From the NCBI RefSeq assembly GCF_001194135.2, contig NC_068991.1, forward strand, positions 61,482,463 to 61,522,106: 39,644 nt of DNA. The letters run 5' to 3'. This stretch comes from Octopus bimaculoides (lineage: Eukaryota). Numbering within the stretch: position 1 is the stretch's first letter; each line of letters starts with the position of its first letter. The translations under genes and the position numbers were made by a program. Shown here piece by piece: positions 1-9,271 of this stretch. The notes below the pieces were generated by a model. That model was not told where the DNA came from and did not search any database. It saw only the letters and a program-made list of their open reading frames with translations.

Positions 1-179
1 GTTGGACAAGAGAAGATGGCGGTAAAGATGTGTCTGGGCATACCCTCAAATTACAGGAAGGTGAACATAAGAGAAGTGGTAGAGAGGACTGGGCAGGGTG
101 AGTGGGTTGGTAAGTTGATAACAGTGTAGAAGGTGAGTGGCAGATGTGGGTAGAGATGTGGGCAGAAGGTATAATAAGA

Positions 180-620
180 TTTGAAACTGTGTCTCTACAT
201 TATGGAGTTTAAGCCATGACATTACCTAACCCTGTTCATATGAAAGGCTTTGTTATTAGCCAATCAGCAGCCAGTTTTCAAATGATGAATCATTCTAGAT
301 CCTTCAAGAATGTTCTTGATATGATGGTTGTAAATAGATGTTTGAGCATCAACTTCTAGTGCATGCCAAACTGGTCTGCTTCACACACTCCTTTGTTTTT
401 AACATAGTCATTTCTAATGTTTCCATGCTCAACCTGGATATCTGGTAGATATGAACTGATGTGTACAGCTTCTAATGTTTAATCAAGCATTTGTATCCAG
501 CTTAGCATGTACATTACAATCTATTTCTTACAGTTGCATCGACTTGATGTGAAGATTGTTATAAATCTTGACCAACTGGAAATATGGCTTATGTGGCATA
601 AATAAGATCATAATTGGCAT
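180..620 (-). pseudogene. Decayed coding remnant, probably the 3' end of an old retroelement ORF
   Basis: Minus frame YLCHISHISSW...EAVHISSYLPDIQVEHGNIRNDYVKNKGVCEADQFGMH*KLMLKHL..KDLE*FII*KLAADWLITKPFI*TGLGNVMA*. The stops are mostly TGA/TAG, as expected from CGA/CAG decay. Family not identified. Confidence 0.3.
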
Positions 621-802
621 TATCTCACACACACACCATCAGCAGCAGCAACACGTATACAACAGAACCAAGCAACCACCACAGCAACAAAGAGAATGCA
701 GTAAGTGGTGAACGTAGGTGAAGTGGTCGGTCGTGATAACCAGGTAAATAATTTATACCAGAAAAAATTTAAAATACAGATTTTACTTTTTTATTCTTCC
801 AG

Positions 803-1288
803 ATGATTCTAAATGTAACGAGACTACTACCTGGAAACCTCATTTGCAAAATTTAACAACTGCAAAGAGAATTTCAACACTTGTACGTTCAACACCTGTA
901 ATTTCAACACCTGTAAGTTCAACATCTGTAATTTCAACACCTGTAATTTCAACACCTGTAAGTTCAACACCTGTAAGTTCAACACCTGTAAGTTCAACAC
1001 CTGTAAGTTCAACACCTGCAATTTCAACACCTGCAATTTCAACACCTGCAATTTCAACACCTGCAATTTCAACACCTATAAGTTTAACACCTGTAATTTC
1101 AACACTTGTAAGTTCAACATCTGTAAACTATTCATCCTCTGCAAATAATTCAATATTTCAAACGAGCTCCACAACTACGAGGGATGAAACCAAAAACAAA
1201 AATGAAATTATTTTGTGGGCTGTTATTGGCAGTTTAGCTGCTATAATTACGGCTTTCAGTTTCATTTGTTTCATACATTTAGCAAAAA
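803..1288 (+). CDS. Internal coding exon: mucin-like S/T/P stalk + transmembrane helix of a type I membrane receptor (probably IL-17R-like)
   Basis: Polypyrimidine tract + AG acceptor (ttttactttttt attcttccAG, 801-802) and GTAAGT donor (1289-1294). The 486-nt exon is open and phase 1 at both ends. It reads DSKCNETTTW..(ISTPV/SSTPV/ISTPA)n..KNKNE-IILWAVIGSLAAIITAFSFICFIHLA-K, with N-glycosylation sequons NET, NLT, NYS and NNS before the hydrophobic helix (~1207-1284). Confidence 0.85.
871..1125 (+). repeat. Coding minisatellite, 17 x 15 bp (aatttcaacacctgt / aagttcaacacctgt), encoding pentapeptides [I/S]STP[V/A]
   Basis: Counted directly: 17 in-frame units from ISTLV to SSTSV, with variants in homogeneous blocks. 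Confidence 0.95.
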
Positions 1289-1469
1289 GTAAGTTGATAT
1301 TTTTACACCTGCTAATTCCATTGTATTGCTTCACAAAAACTGTGGGTTGTATAGATCTGCAAATTCAAATGATTTAGCCTTAGTTTATTGTAACACTGCA
1401 CTTTAAAAAATCAATTGCACATATAGGAGCTAACTCAGACAAAGTATAAATATGTAAGTTAACAAAGGA

Positions 1470-1650
1470 TTTATATGTGGTCACTTGACCTGCTCGAAAA
1501 TGTTGCCAGATTTCTCTCACATCACATCTCATAGTTTTAAGTAACAAAGGCTGAAATGGGCAGCGACACGCAAAAGGATAGGATGGTAATGGTTTGGAAT
1601 GCTTTAATCATTAGTCTGCTCAATTAGAGTTTAGTTGGGGGTGTTTATAC
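1470..1650 (+). mobile_element. Degenerate SINE 3' fragment
   Basis: gtggtcacttgacctgctcgaaaat..gccagatttctctcacatcaca..aaaaggataggatgg..ggaatgctttaatcat resembles a repeat tail also seen degenerate on - near 32880-32930. Confidence 0.4.
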
Positions 1651-1944
1651 ATCATCAATGCACACACACATATCAAAAGTACCTTCTGCATGAGGAACGT
1701 ACAATTAAATGTAATTTACCACATATGACATGGCAAGCTGAATATAATTTCGATCAATAGACNNNNNNNNNNNNNNNNNNNNNNNNNNNNNNNNNNNNNN
1801 NNNNNNNNNNNNNNNNNNNNNNNNNNNNNNNNNNNNNNNNNNNNNNNNNNNNNNNNNNNNNNNNNNNNCATAACATGGCCTTTTACGTAGCATTGGCACA
1901 GGGTTCTTGCTGGCCAATCCTCTTCATTGGTGGTCAGTGGGATG

Positions 1945-2620
1945 AAGGTAGCCTGCAGAAGAATATCATAAAAGTGATCCTTCTGTTCACTTAGTAGGCC
2001 CGCTTGTAGAGCATAGGCAGAGATAATTGTAGCTATACCATTCTGCAAGTCTTACCTGAGTTTAAGAACTCCATCGCACACCCTCACTACTTCTATGACC
2101 TTATCCATCCATTCCTCTGCAAGAAGTATGCCCACACCCCCTATTCCATCACTATTACCTTCCCAGAAGAGTTTATACCTATGTACTTTGCCTGTGAGGA
2201 CTCTGACTGAAGCTCCTCTCCACCTTACCTCTTGTATGCAACATACATCGACACGTTTCCATTCAAGCATCTCTACAATCTCACAAACTTACCTTTCATT
2301 GTGCATACATTTACAGTGCCAACTCTGAAAACTGGGAAAGAGATATGGGAGGTAACACAGGAAGGAGAGATATTATTCAACACCTGAAAAGGAGGTCCCC
2401 GCGATCGTTTGGTATCAGACGTCATAATAGTTGTTCTTACTTGTAACCTACCTTCATTCGAACATGTTAGAATTGTTAAGGTTGTTGTCTCTACTGGGGG
2501 GTGGGGGAGTAAGAAAGCATTGTATATGAAGTGTTTGGGGCATTGTAAATATAAGCATTATGAGCATTGTGGATGTAAGCATTACTGATGCTGCAGATAT
2601 TAATGTAGAAGAAAGTAAGA
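1945..2620 (-). mobile_element. RTE-clade LINE 5' fragment (5'UTR + AP-endonuclease N-half, frameshifted)
   Basis: VDVCCIQEVRWRG..YKLFWEGNSDGIGGVGILL..VRVCDGVLKLR and IATIISAYALQAGL..EQKDHFYDILLQAT are RTE APE motifs. The upstream 2330-2610 is homologous to 8200-8488. Confidence 0.88.
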
Positions 2621-2910
2621 TATAATATAACCAACATAAGTTTCAAAGTAAGGCTAAATAAATAGGTGTGACTAAGATGTTTGATTATGGAGTTATGTGT
2701 TACTTTAATTGGCTGTTTTAGAATTTTTCGTTTTCACTGTTTAGTGAACAGACATTGATTTGTTTGTTTTGTTTTTGTGTTGCCCCATGTTAATTTATTT
2801 TCCTTTTCATTTTTTTTTTATTTTGTTAAATATTTTTTTTAATATGTTACATCAAATCAATTTCACTTTTTATTGGAGAGCAAAGTTATGTTGAGAATGA
2901 ATTTTTTGAG

Positions 2911-2911
<1 letters not shown>

Positions 2912-2984
<73 letters not shown>

Positions 2985-3026
2985 TACATATACACACACA
3001 CACACATATATGTATATATATATATA
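2912..3026. repeat. (TA)n/(CA)n microsatellite
   Basis: Direct reading. Confidence 0.95.
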
Positions 3027-3230
3027 AGTTCAAAAAAGGAAAACGGCAAAAAAACAACAAAAAAACAACAACGTGAGGAGGTGATACAGATTGTGTTACT
3101 AGATGCTTGGGAAAGGAAAGAAAGAGAATATGACGTTTCGAGCGGAGCTCTTCGTCGGACACTTAGGAAAGTCCAAAGAAGAGAAAGACAGAGGAAGAAA
3201 AAATCGCCAACGATATCCACGAGGTTACAT
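3027..3230 (-). mobile_element. Penelope-like terminal-repeat (pLTR) fragment
   Basis: Contains a minimal hammerhead motif. Same layout as the degenerate terminus at 25850-25990 (gacgttt.gagc..gctc.tt). Confidence 0.5.
3127..3163 (-). ncRNA. Minimal type I hammerhead ribozyme motif (one core substitution)
   Basis: Minus strand: agtgt CcGACGA a GAGC-tcc-GCTC GAAAC GTC atatt. Core CUGANGA has U4->C. Stem II is 4 bp, stem III is the palindrome ACGT, the cleavage triplet is GUC, and stem I has 5 bp with 2 G.U pairs. Confidence 0.55.
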
Positions 3231-3275
3231 ATACATACATACATACATACATATATGTATATATGTATATATATA

Positions 3276-3590
3276 TGACAAGTAACTGAGACCTTTGGCA
3301 ATATGCTCTGCTTGAGAAGACTCGTTAAGCCAAGTGAAATCGTAGTCATCGCCAGTGTCATGTAAATGGCACCTGTGCTGTTGGCACGTTGAAAACACCC
3401 ATTGCACTCTTGGAGTGGTTGGCGTTAGGAAGGACATTATGAAGGTCATTGCTGTAGAAGCCATGTCAAAATCAGACTGAAACCTGGTGCAGCCCTCTGG
3501 CTCACCAGTTCCAGTCAAACTGTCTAACCCATGCCAGCATGGAAAGCGGAAAATAAATGATGATGATGATGGTGATGATGATGGTAGTGA
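3276..3590 (+). mobile_element. RTE LINE 3' end (last codons + 3'UTR + (GAT)n tail)
   Basis: gagacctttggcaatatgctctgcttgagaagactcg (end of RTE ORF), then ggagtggttggcgttaggaagg..cccatgccagcatggaaagcgg..gatgatgat. Confidence 0.85.
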
Positions 3591-3655
3591 CTGGGGACAA
3601 CATGTGATGGTGCATTCCGTCTGAAACACCAAACACGAACTTTATACCTCAACAG

Positions 3656-3753
3656 TAAATGATGACTACGACTACAATGTCCATGCTATCCAATGCTCTC
3701 GCTCTCACAGTGGGTCATTTGATCCATTTCAGCACCAGCTGCGGTCAATCATC
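3656..3753 (+). CDS. Probable 5' part of the terminal cytoplasmic exon of the same receptor, running into the N gap
   Basis: Acceptor ctttatacctcaacAG (3654-3655) is phase 1, compatible with the phase 1 donor at 1289. Open frame NDDYDYNVHAIQCSRSHSGSFDPFQHQLRSII is in the same coordinate frame as the ORF after the gap. An extra small exon in between cannot be excluded. Confidence 0.55.
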
Positions 3754-4425
3754 NNNNNNNNNNNNNNNNNNNNNNNNNNNNNNNNNNNNNNNNNNNNNNN
3801 NNNNNNNNNNNNNNNNNNNNNNNNNNNNNNNNNNNNNNNNNNNNNNNNNNNNNNNNNNNNNNNNNNNNNNNNNNNNNNNNNNNNNNNNNNNNNNNNNNNN
3901 NNNNNNNNNNNNNNNNNNNNNNNNNNNNNNNNNNNNNNNNNNNNNNNNNNNNNNNNNNNNNNNNNNNNNNNNNNNNNNNNNNNNNNNNNNNNNNNNNNNN
4001 NNNNNNNNNNNNNNNNNNNNNNNNNNNNNNNNNNNNNNNNNNNNNNNNNNNNNNNNNNNNNNNNNNNNNNNNNNNNNNNNNNNNNNNNNNNNNNNNNNNN
4101 NNNNNNNNNNNNNNNNNNNNNNNNNNNNNNNNNNNNNNNNNNNNNNNNNNNNNNNNNNNNNNNNNNNNNNNNNNNNNNNNNNNNNNNNNNNNNNNNNNNN
4201 NNNNNNNNNNNNNNNNNNNNNNNNNNNNNNNNNNNNNNNNNNNNNNNNNNNNNNNNNNNNNNNNNNNNNNNNNNNNNNNNNNNNNNNNNNNNNNNNNNNN
4301 NNNNNNNNNNNNNNNNNNNNNNNNNNNNNNNNNNNNNNNNNNNNNNNNNNNNNNNNNNNNNNNNNNNNNNNNNNNNNNNNNNNNNNNNNNNNNNNNNNNN
4401 NNNNNNNNNNNNNNNNNNNNNNNNT

Positions 4426-5154
4426 GAAGCATGGGCTAATGGTTTAGAATATCCACAGTTACGAGACAACCAAAATGAAAATGTCCTAATGTCAATTCTT
4501 ACTATGATTAGAGAATGTCCTCTCTTGCAGTTATATCATTCAAAATACATCTCGTGCCGCTTGGAACACTTGTCCGAGAGTTATGTTCTCACTGAATTTC
4601 CTTCGGTTCAAAATTTCGTTCTGACCAGAGACCTGAAGAAGTTGGTTTACTATATCCATCATATTTCACCTAACAGTGTTCTCAAATCATTAACGTTGAG
4701 ATCTTCTGATAGCTTGAATTCAGCAATGGCACTACAGCAAGCAGCTCAAAAAGCTGTTGAATTTGAAAAAAATGAAATGTGGTTTACTCAGAAGTACAGT
4801 TACTTGGTGCCACGTTGTGGCATATTAAACAACAAATGCTATTGCCGTTCTGCATTAAATGAAGAATCCGACGGCACTGTTAGTATTCCCAAATTACCAC
4901 AGAACACCTTTCATGATGTGAATTTCGATGATTCCATATCCACTCAGTGCTATTATTCCAATGATATATACTCCATTTCGGAAACGTCACAGATCAGTTC
5001 TGAACTAGCAATGCTAAATGATCGCAATGACCAGCAATATAAGAACAGACACAGCCTCTTGCCTTCATTGTCTGAAGGTGTCACAGACTGTGTGAGCAAC
5101 TGGACAGATATAACATATGCCTCTAGTCGTGGTTCAAATCCAGTGTGTGTTTGA
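4426..5154 (+). CDS. C-terminal half of a SEFIR domain plus SEFIR extension and cytoplasmic tail; IL-17 receptor-like protein (IL17RA/IL17RD type)
   Basis: 243-codon open frame from the gap edge to TGA 5152-5154, in non-repetitive sequence. By eye, NVLMSILTMIREC..SKYISCRLEH.SESYVLTEFPSVQNFVLTRDLKKLVYYIH and ALQQAAQKAVEFEKNEMWFTQKY align with the IL17RD sequence as I recall it ([51 protein letters not shown] and [24 protein letters not shown]). No HMM search was run. Confidence 0.72.
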   Translation, partial: EAWANGLEYPQLRDNQNENVLMSILTMIRECPLLQLYHSKYISCRLEHLSESYVLTEFPSVQNFVLTRDLKKLVYYIHHISPNSVLKSLTLRSSDSLNSAMALQQAAQKAVEFEKNEMWFTQKYSYLVPRCGILNNKCYCRSALNEESDGTVSIPKLPQNTFHDVNFDDSISTQCYYSNDIYSISETSQISSELAMLNDRNDQQYKNRHSLLPSLSEGVTDCVSNWTDITYASSRGSNPVCV

Positions 5155-5188
5155 AAGAACCAAGGCAGGTGGGTTCATATCTGTGTGT

Positions 5189-8100
5189 ATCATCATCATC
5201 GTTTAACATCCGTTTTCCATGCTGGCATGGGTCGGACGGTTTAACTGGGGTCTGGCAAGCCAGGAAGCTGCATCAGGGTCCAATCTGATCTGGCAGTTTC
5301 TGCAGTGTGATGCCCTTCCAAATGCCAACCACTCCAAGAGTGTAGTGGGTGCTTTTTACATGCCACAGGCACAGGAGCCAGACAGGGCAAAGGGGCTGGC
5401 ATGGACCACATTCAGATGGTGCTTTTTACGTGCCACCGGCACAGGAGCCAGTCAGGACAAAGGGGTTGACATTGACCACGTTTGGATGGTACATTTTACG
5501 TGCCATTGACATGAGAAGCCAGTCAGGTGGCATTGGCAACAACCGATGCATGAATGGTGCTTATTACATGCCACCAGCATAGGAGCCAGTCAAACAGCAA
5601 TGGCATCAACCACTTAACCACAACTACAATTTCCATTTGATTGTGGTTTGATTTAATTTTGATTTTGATTCTGATGTACTTGACTCAACAGGTCTCCTCA
5701 AGCACGGCATGTTGCCCGACAATCCAAAGGAACTTTTCCAAGTGGGCTGGTTATGCAACACTGGTGTAGGCTACAGCTGTGATCTCACTTTATTTGCCGG
5801 GTCTTCTCAGTCACTGCATATCTCCAGAGGTCTCGGTCTTTCGTCATTGCCTCTGTGAGGCCCAACGTTCGAAGGTCATGCTTCACCACCTCATCCCATG
5901 TCTTCCAGGGTCTCCCTCTATCATGGCTTCCTTCCACTGTTTGGGAGTGACACTTCTGCACACAGCTCTCCACATCCATCCATACCATGACCATACCAGC
6001 ACAGTCATCTCTCTTGCATGCCACATCCGATGCTTCTTATGTCCAACATTTCTCTCAAAGTGCTTAAACTTTGTCGTATGTGCACACTGACATTACNNNN
6101 NNNNNNCATTTCTCTCAAAGTGCTTAAACTTTGTCGTATGTGCACACTGACATTACACATCCAGCGGATCATACTAGCTTCATTTCTTTCGAGCCTACAC
6201 ATGTCTTCAGCAGTCATGGACCATGTTTCATTGTCGTGAAGCATGGCAGTTCTCACACATGCATTGTACAATCTACCTTTCACTCTGAGCAAGAAGCCCT
6301 TTGTCACCAGTAGAGGTAGGAGCTGTCTGAACTTTGCCCAGGCTATTCTTATTCTAGTGGTAACGCTCTCTGGGCATCCACCCCCACTACAGACTTGGTC
6401 ACCTAGGTAGCGGAAGCTATCAACTATTTCTAGTTTCTTCCCCTAGCATGTGATGGAATCTGTTTTCTGAGCATCTGTGGTGTTTATTGCCCCTGTGCAT
6501 CTGTCACACACGAAAGCTACCTTCCTGGTTAACCTTCCTTTGATGTTGCTGCACCTCTTATGCATCCATAGTTTACATTGGGTACATCTTATGGGATTTC
6601 TACCTACACCTTTTCTACAGATCGCCCCTGGACTGGCTCTTGTGCGGGTGGCACATAAAATACACCATTTTGAGCATGGCCGTTGCCAGTACCGCTTGAC
6701 TGGCCTTCATGCGGGTGACATGTAAAAGCACCCACTACACTCTCGGAGTGGTTGGCGTTAGGAAGGGCATCCAGCTGTAGAAACTCTGCCAAATCAGATT
6801 GGAGCCTGGTGTTGCCATCCGGTTTCACCAGTCCTCAGTCAAATCGTCCAACCCATGCTAGCATGGAAAGCGGACGTTAAACGATGATGATGATGATGAT
6901 GATGAGCAGGGCCATCTGCCTGAAGGGATTTGTTATGTGTTCACCTTCCTCCTTATTAGGACTTTGGTCTTTGCAACATTGACTCTAAGGCCCTTCAATT
7001 CTAAACCTTGCTTCCACACCTGAAATTTCTTCTCTAGTTCTGGTAGTGATTCTCCTATGAGAGCCAGATCATCAGCAAAGAGGAGCTCCCAGGAGCAACC
7101 TGTCTTCAGTTCCTCTGTTATTGCCTGGAAGACTATGATGAATAAGAAGGGACTGAGAGCTGGTCCTTGGTGGACCCCTACTTCTACCTGGAATTGGATT
7201 CTTCACTATATTCATTGCCAACCCTAACCTTACTAACAGCATCCCTGTAGAGGGCCTGTACAACCATTATTAACTATTCGTCAATCCCTAGTTTCTGCAT
7301 CGCCCACCAGATAAGGGATCAGGGGACCCTATCAAAGGCTTTCTCCAAGTCCCCAAAAGCCAAGTATAGGAGTTTATCTATGGCTAGGTATTTCTCCTGC
7401 AGTTGCTGTACCAGAAATATAGCATCAGTGGTGCAAAACCAAATTGCATCTCATCTAAACAGACTCTGTCCCTAATTAGTTGGGCTATGACCTTCTCTGT
7501 AACCTTCATCACCTGATCCAGCAGTTTGATACCCCTGTAGTTATTTCTATCTAAAGTATCACCTTTACCCTTGTAACAGTTGACTATGGTGCTGTTATGC
7601 CAGTCTTTGGTTATGCTTCCTTTGTGAACTACCTGGTTTATAATATGGGTGACTAGGCCATAACCCACACCACCAGATATTTTAAGCATCTCAGCAGTGA
7701 TTCCTGATGGGCCAGGAGCTTTCTCTGTCTTCATACCCTTAATTGCTTTATCTACCAGGGTGCTGTCTATTCGGATAGCTGGTCCCTCTACTGGGTCAAC
7801 ATTTAGCAGACTCTCTTCCTCCCATCCATTCTCCACATTCAGCTGCCTTTCATAATGGCTTCTCCAAGCCTCTTTCTTTGCAGAATCATTAAAAGCAAGT
7901 GCACCATCATCCATGCGGACACATCTCTCTCTTGTGACATCACAATTTTCTCTCACACATTGTCTTACAATCTGAAATACTTCAGTTCTTTGGTCCTCAT
8001 GTTGCTGAACATTGGCAAGCTTCTTCTTTCTGCTTCTCCCTTGGCTATGTATACCTGTCGCCCAGCCTCCCTTCTGGCTATCTAGTACAGTTCCCTGGCT

Positions 8101-8488
8101 GAAGCTCCTCTCCATCTTACCGCTTGTATGCAGCATACATCAGCATGTCTCCATTCAAACATCTCTATAATCTCACTAGACCTACCTTTCAGTGTGCCTA
8201 CATTTACAGTGCCAACTTTGAAAACTGGGAAAGGAATGTGGGGTGAGGCATGGGGAGGGGAGATGTTGTTCGGCGTCTGAAAAGAAGAAGGTTTTTGTGT
8301 TCATTTGTGAGACATGCTTCACCTGTTCTCACTTCCGACCTGTCATCATTCAAACATTGAATCTTGTTAAGATTGTTGCCCCTACTAGGGGTAGGAGTAG
8401 GTGTTAGCAGCATTGTAAGTATAAGCATTATGGATATCGTAAAATCGTAAATCTAAGCATTACTGGTGTTGCAGATATACCTGTAGAA
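5189..8488 (-). mobile_element. Near full-length, internally deleted, pseudogenised RTE-clade LINE
   Basis: On -: 5'UTR (8200-8488); APE start (VCCIQAVRWRGASAR) fused to the linker; RT (NCYKGKGD.LDRNNYRGIKLLDQVMKV, DEMQFGF, WELLFADDL at ~7065-7090); Cys-rich CTQCKLWMHKRC; DSFRYLGD; C-terminus GRPWKTWDEVVKHDLRTLGL..DRDLWRYAV (5785-6024); 3'UTR and (ATC)n tail at 5189. Confidence 0.93.
6625..6905 (+). mobile_element. 5'-truncated RTE 3'UTR copy nested in the minus-strand RTE
   Basis: Splits the host motif GRWPCS|ICRKGVG (ctacagatcg | insert | gagcagggccatc) and ends in aaacgatgatgatga. Confidence 0.88.
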
Positions 8489-9090
8489 GAGGTAGACTCA
8501 GGAAGACCTGGGATGAGGTGGTGAAGTGCGACCTTTAAATGTTGGGCCTCACCGAGGGAATGACAAGTGACAGAGACCTTTGGAAATATGCTGTGCTTGA
8601 GAAGACTTGGCAAGCCAAGTGAGACCATAACCCATGGTTATACCAGTGCAGCATAACTAGCCCATTTAAGAGTACCCTTCAATCATTGGGCAATAAACTG
8701 CACTTGCAAAGACGTGTTGAAGCAAGTGAAGTCATTGTTGGGGCCGATGACAGTACCATCTGGTTGCCACCCATACCAGTGGCACGTAAAAAGCACCATT
8801 TGAGCATGGTCGATGCCAGTGCCGCCTCACTGGTCCTGTGCCGGTGGCACGTAAAAAGCACCATTTGAGCGTGGTCGTTGCCAGTACTGCTTGACTGGCC
8901 TTCGTGCCAGTGGAATGTAAAAAGCACCTACAGCAATATCAGAGTGGTTGGCGTTAGAAAGGGCATTCAGATGTAGGAGCTTTGCCAGATAGGATTGGAC
9001 CTGGGTGCAGCCTCCTGGCTTGCCAGCCCTCAATCAAACCGTCCAACCCATGCCAGCATGGAAACGGACGTTAAACGACGACGATGACAT
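8482..9090 (+). mobile_element. 5'-truncated RTE LINE 3' end
   Basis: GRLRKTWDEVVKCDL*MLGLTEGMTSDRDLWKYAVLEKTWQAK*, then a 3'UTR with ~60-bp subrepeats (ggcacgtaaaaagcaccat) and an aaacgacgacgatgac tail. Confidence 0.9.
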
Positions 9091-9270
9091 ACATACATCA
9101 TCATCCATCCATCCATCCATACATACATACATACATCCATCCATCCATCCATACATACATCCATACATGCATACATACATCATACATCATACGTACATAC
9201 ATACATTCATACATCCATACATAAATCCATCCATACATTCATACATCCATCCATCCATACATACATACAT
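9090..9270. repeat. (CATA)n/(CCAT)n microsatellite
   Basis: Direct reading. Confidence 0.9.
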
Positions 9271-9271
9271 T

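Noticed and set aside
630-753. Possible upstream exon ending CAG|GTAAAT
   Set aside because: It would leave a 49-nt intron, has no convincing acceptor and is low-complexity.
827-1075. Minus-strand ORF (LQVLN/LQVLK repeats), superficially LRR-like
   Set aside because: It is the antisense reading of the 15-bp coding repeat; the splice signals and TM support the + strand.
871-1125. CRISPR-like array (also the ~60-bp subrepeats at 5350-5610 and 8760-8930)
   Set aside because: No unique spacers, eukaryotic context; these are a coding VNTR and RTE 3'UTR subrepeats.
844-1377. Single-exon 177-aa ORF as listed
   Set aside because: It starts at TTG inside an exon and runs through a strong GTAAGT donor at 1289; 1289-1377 is intron.
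6047-6156. Exact 50-bp direct repeat
   Set aside because: The copies flank a 10-N gap, so this is an unmerged contig overlap.
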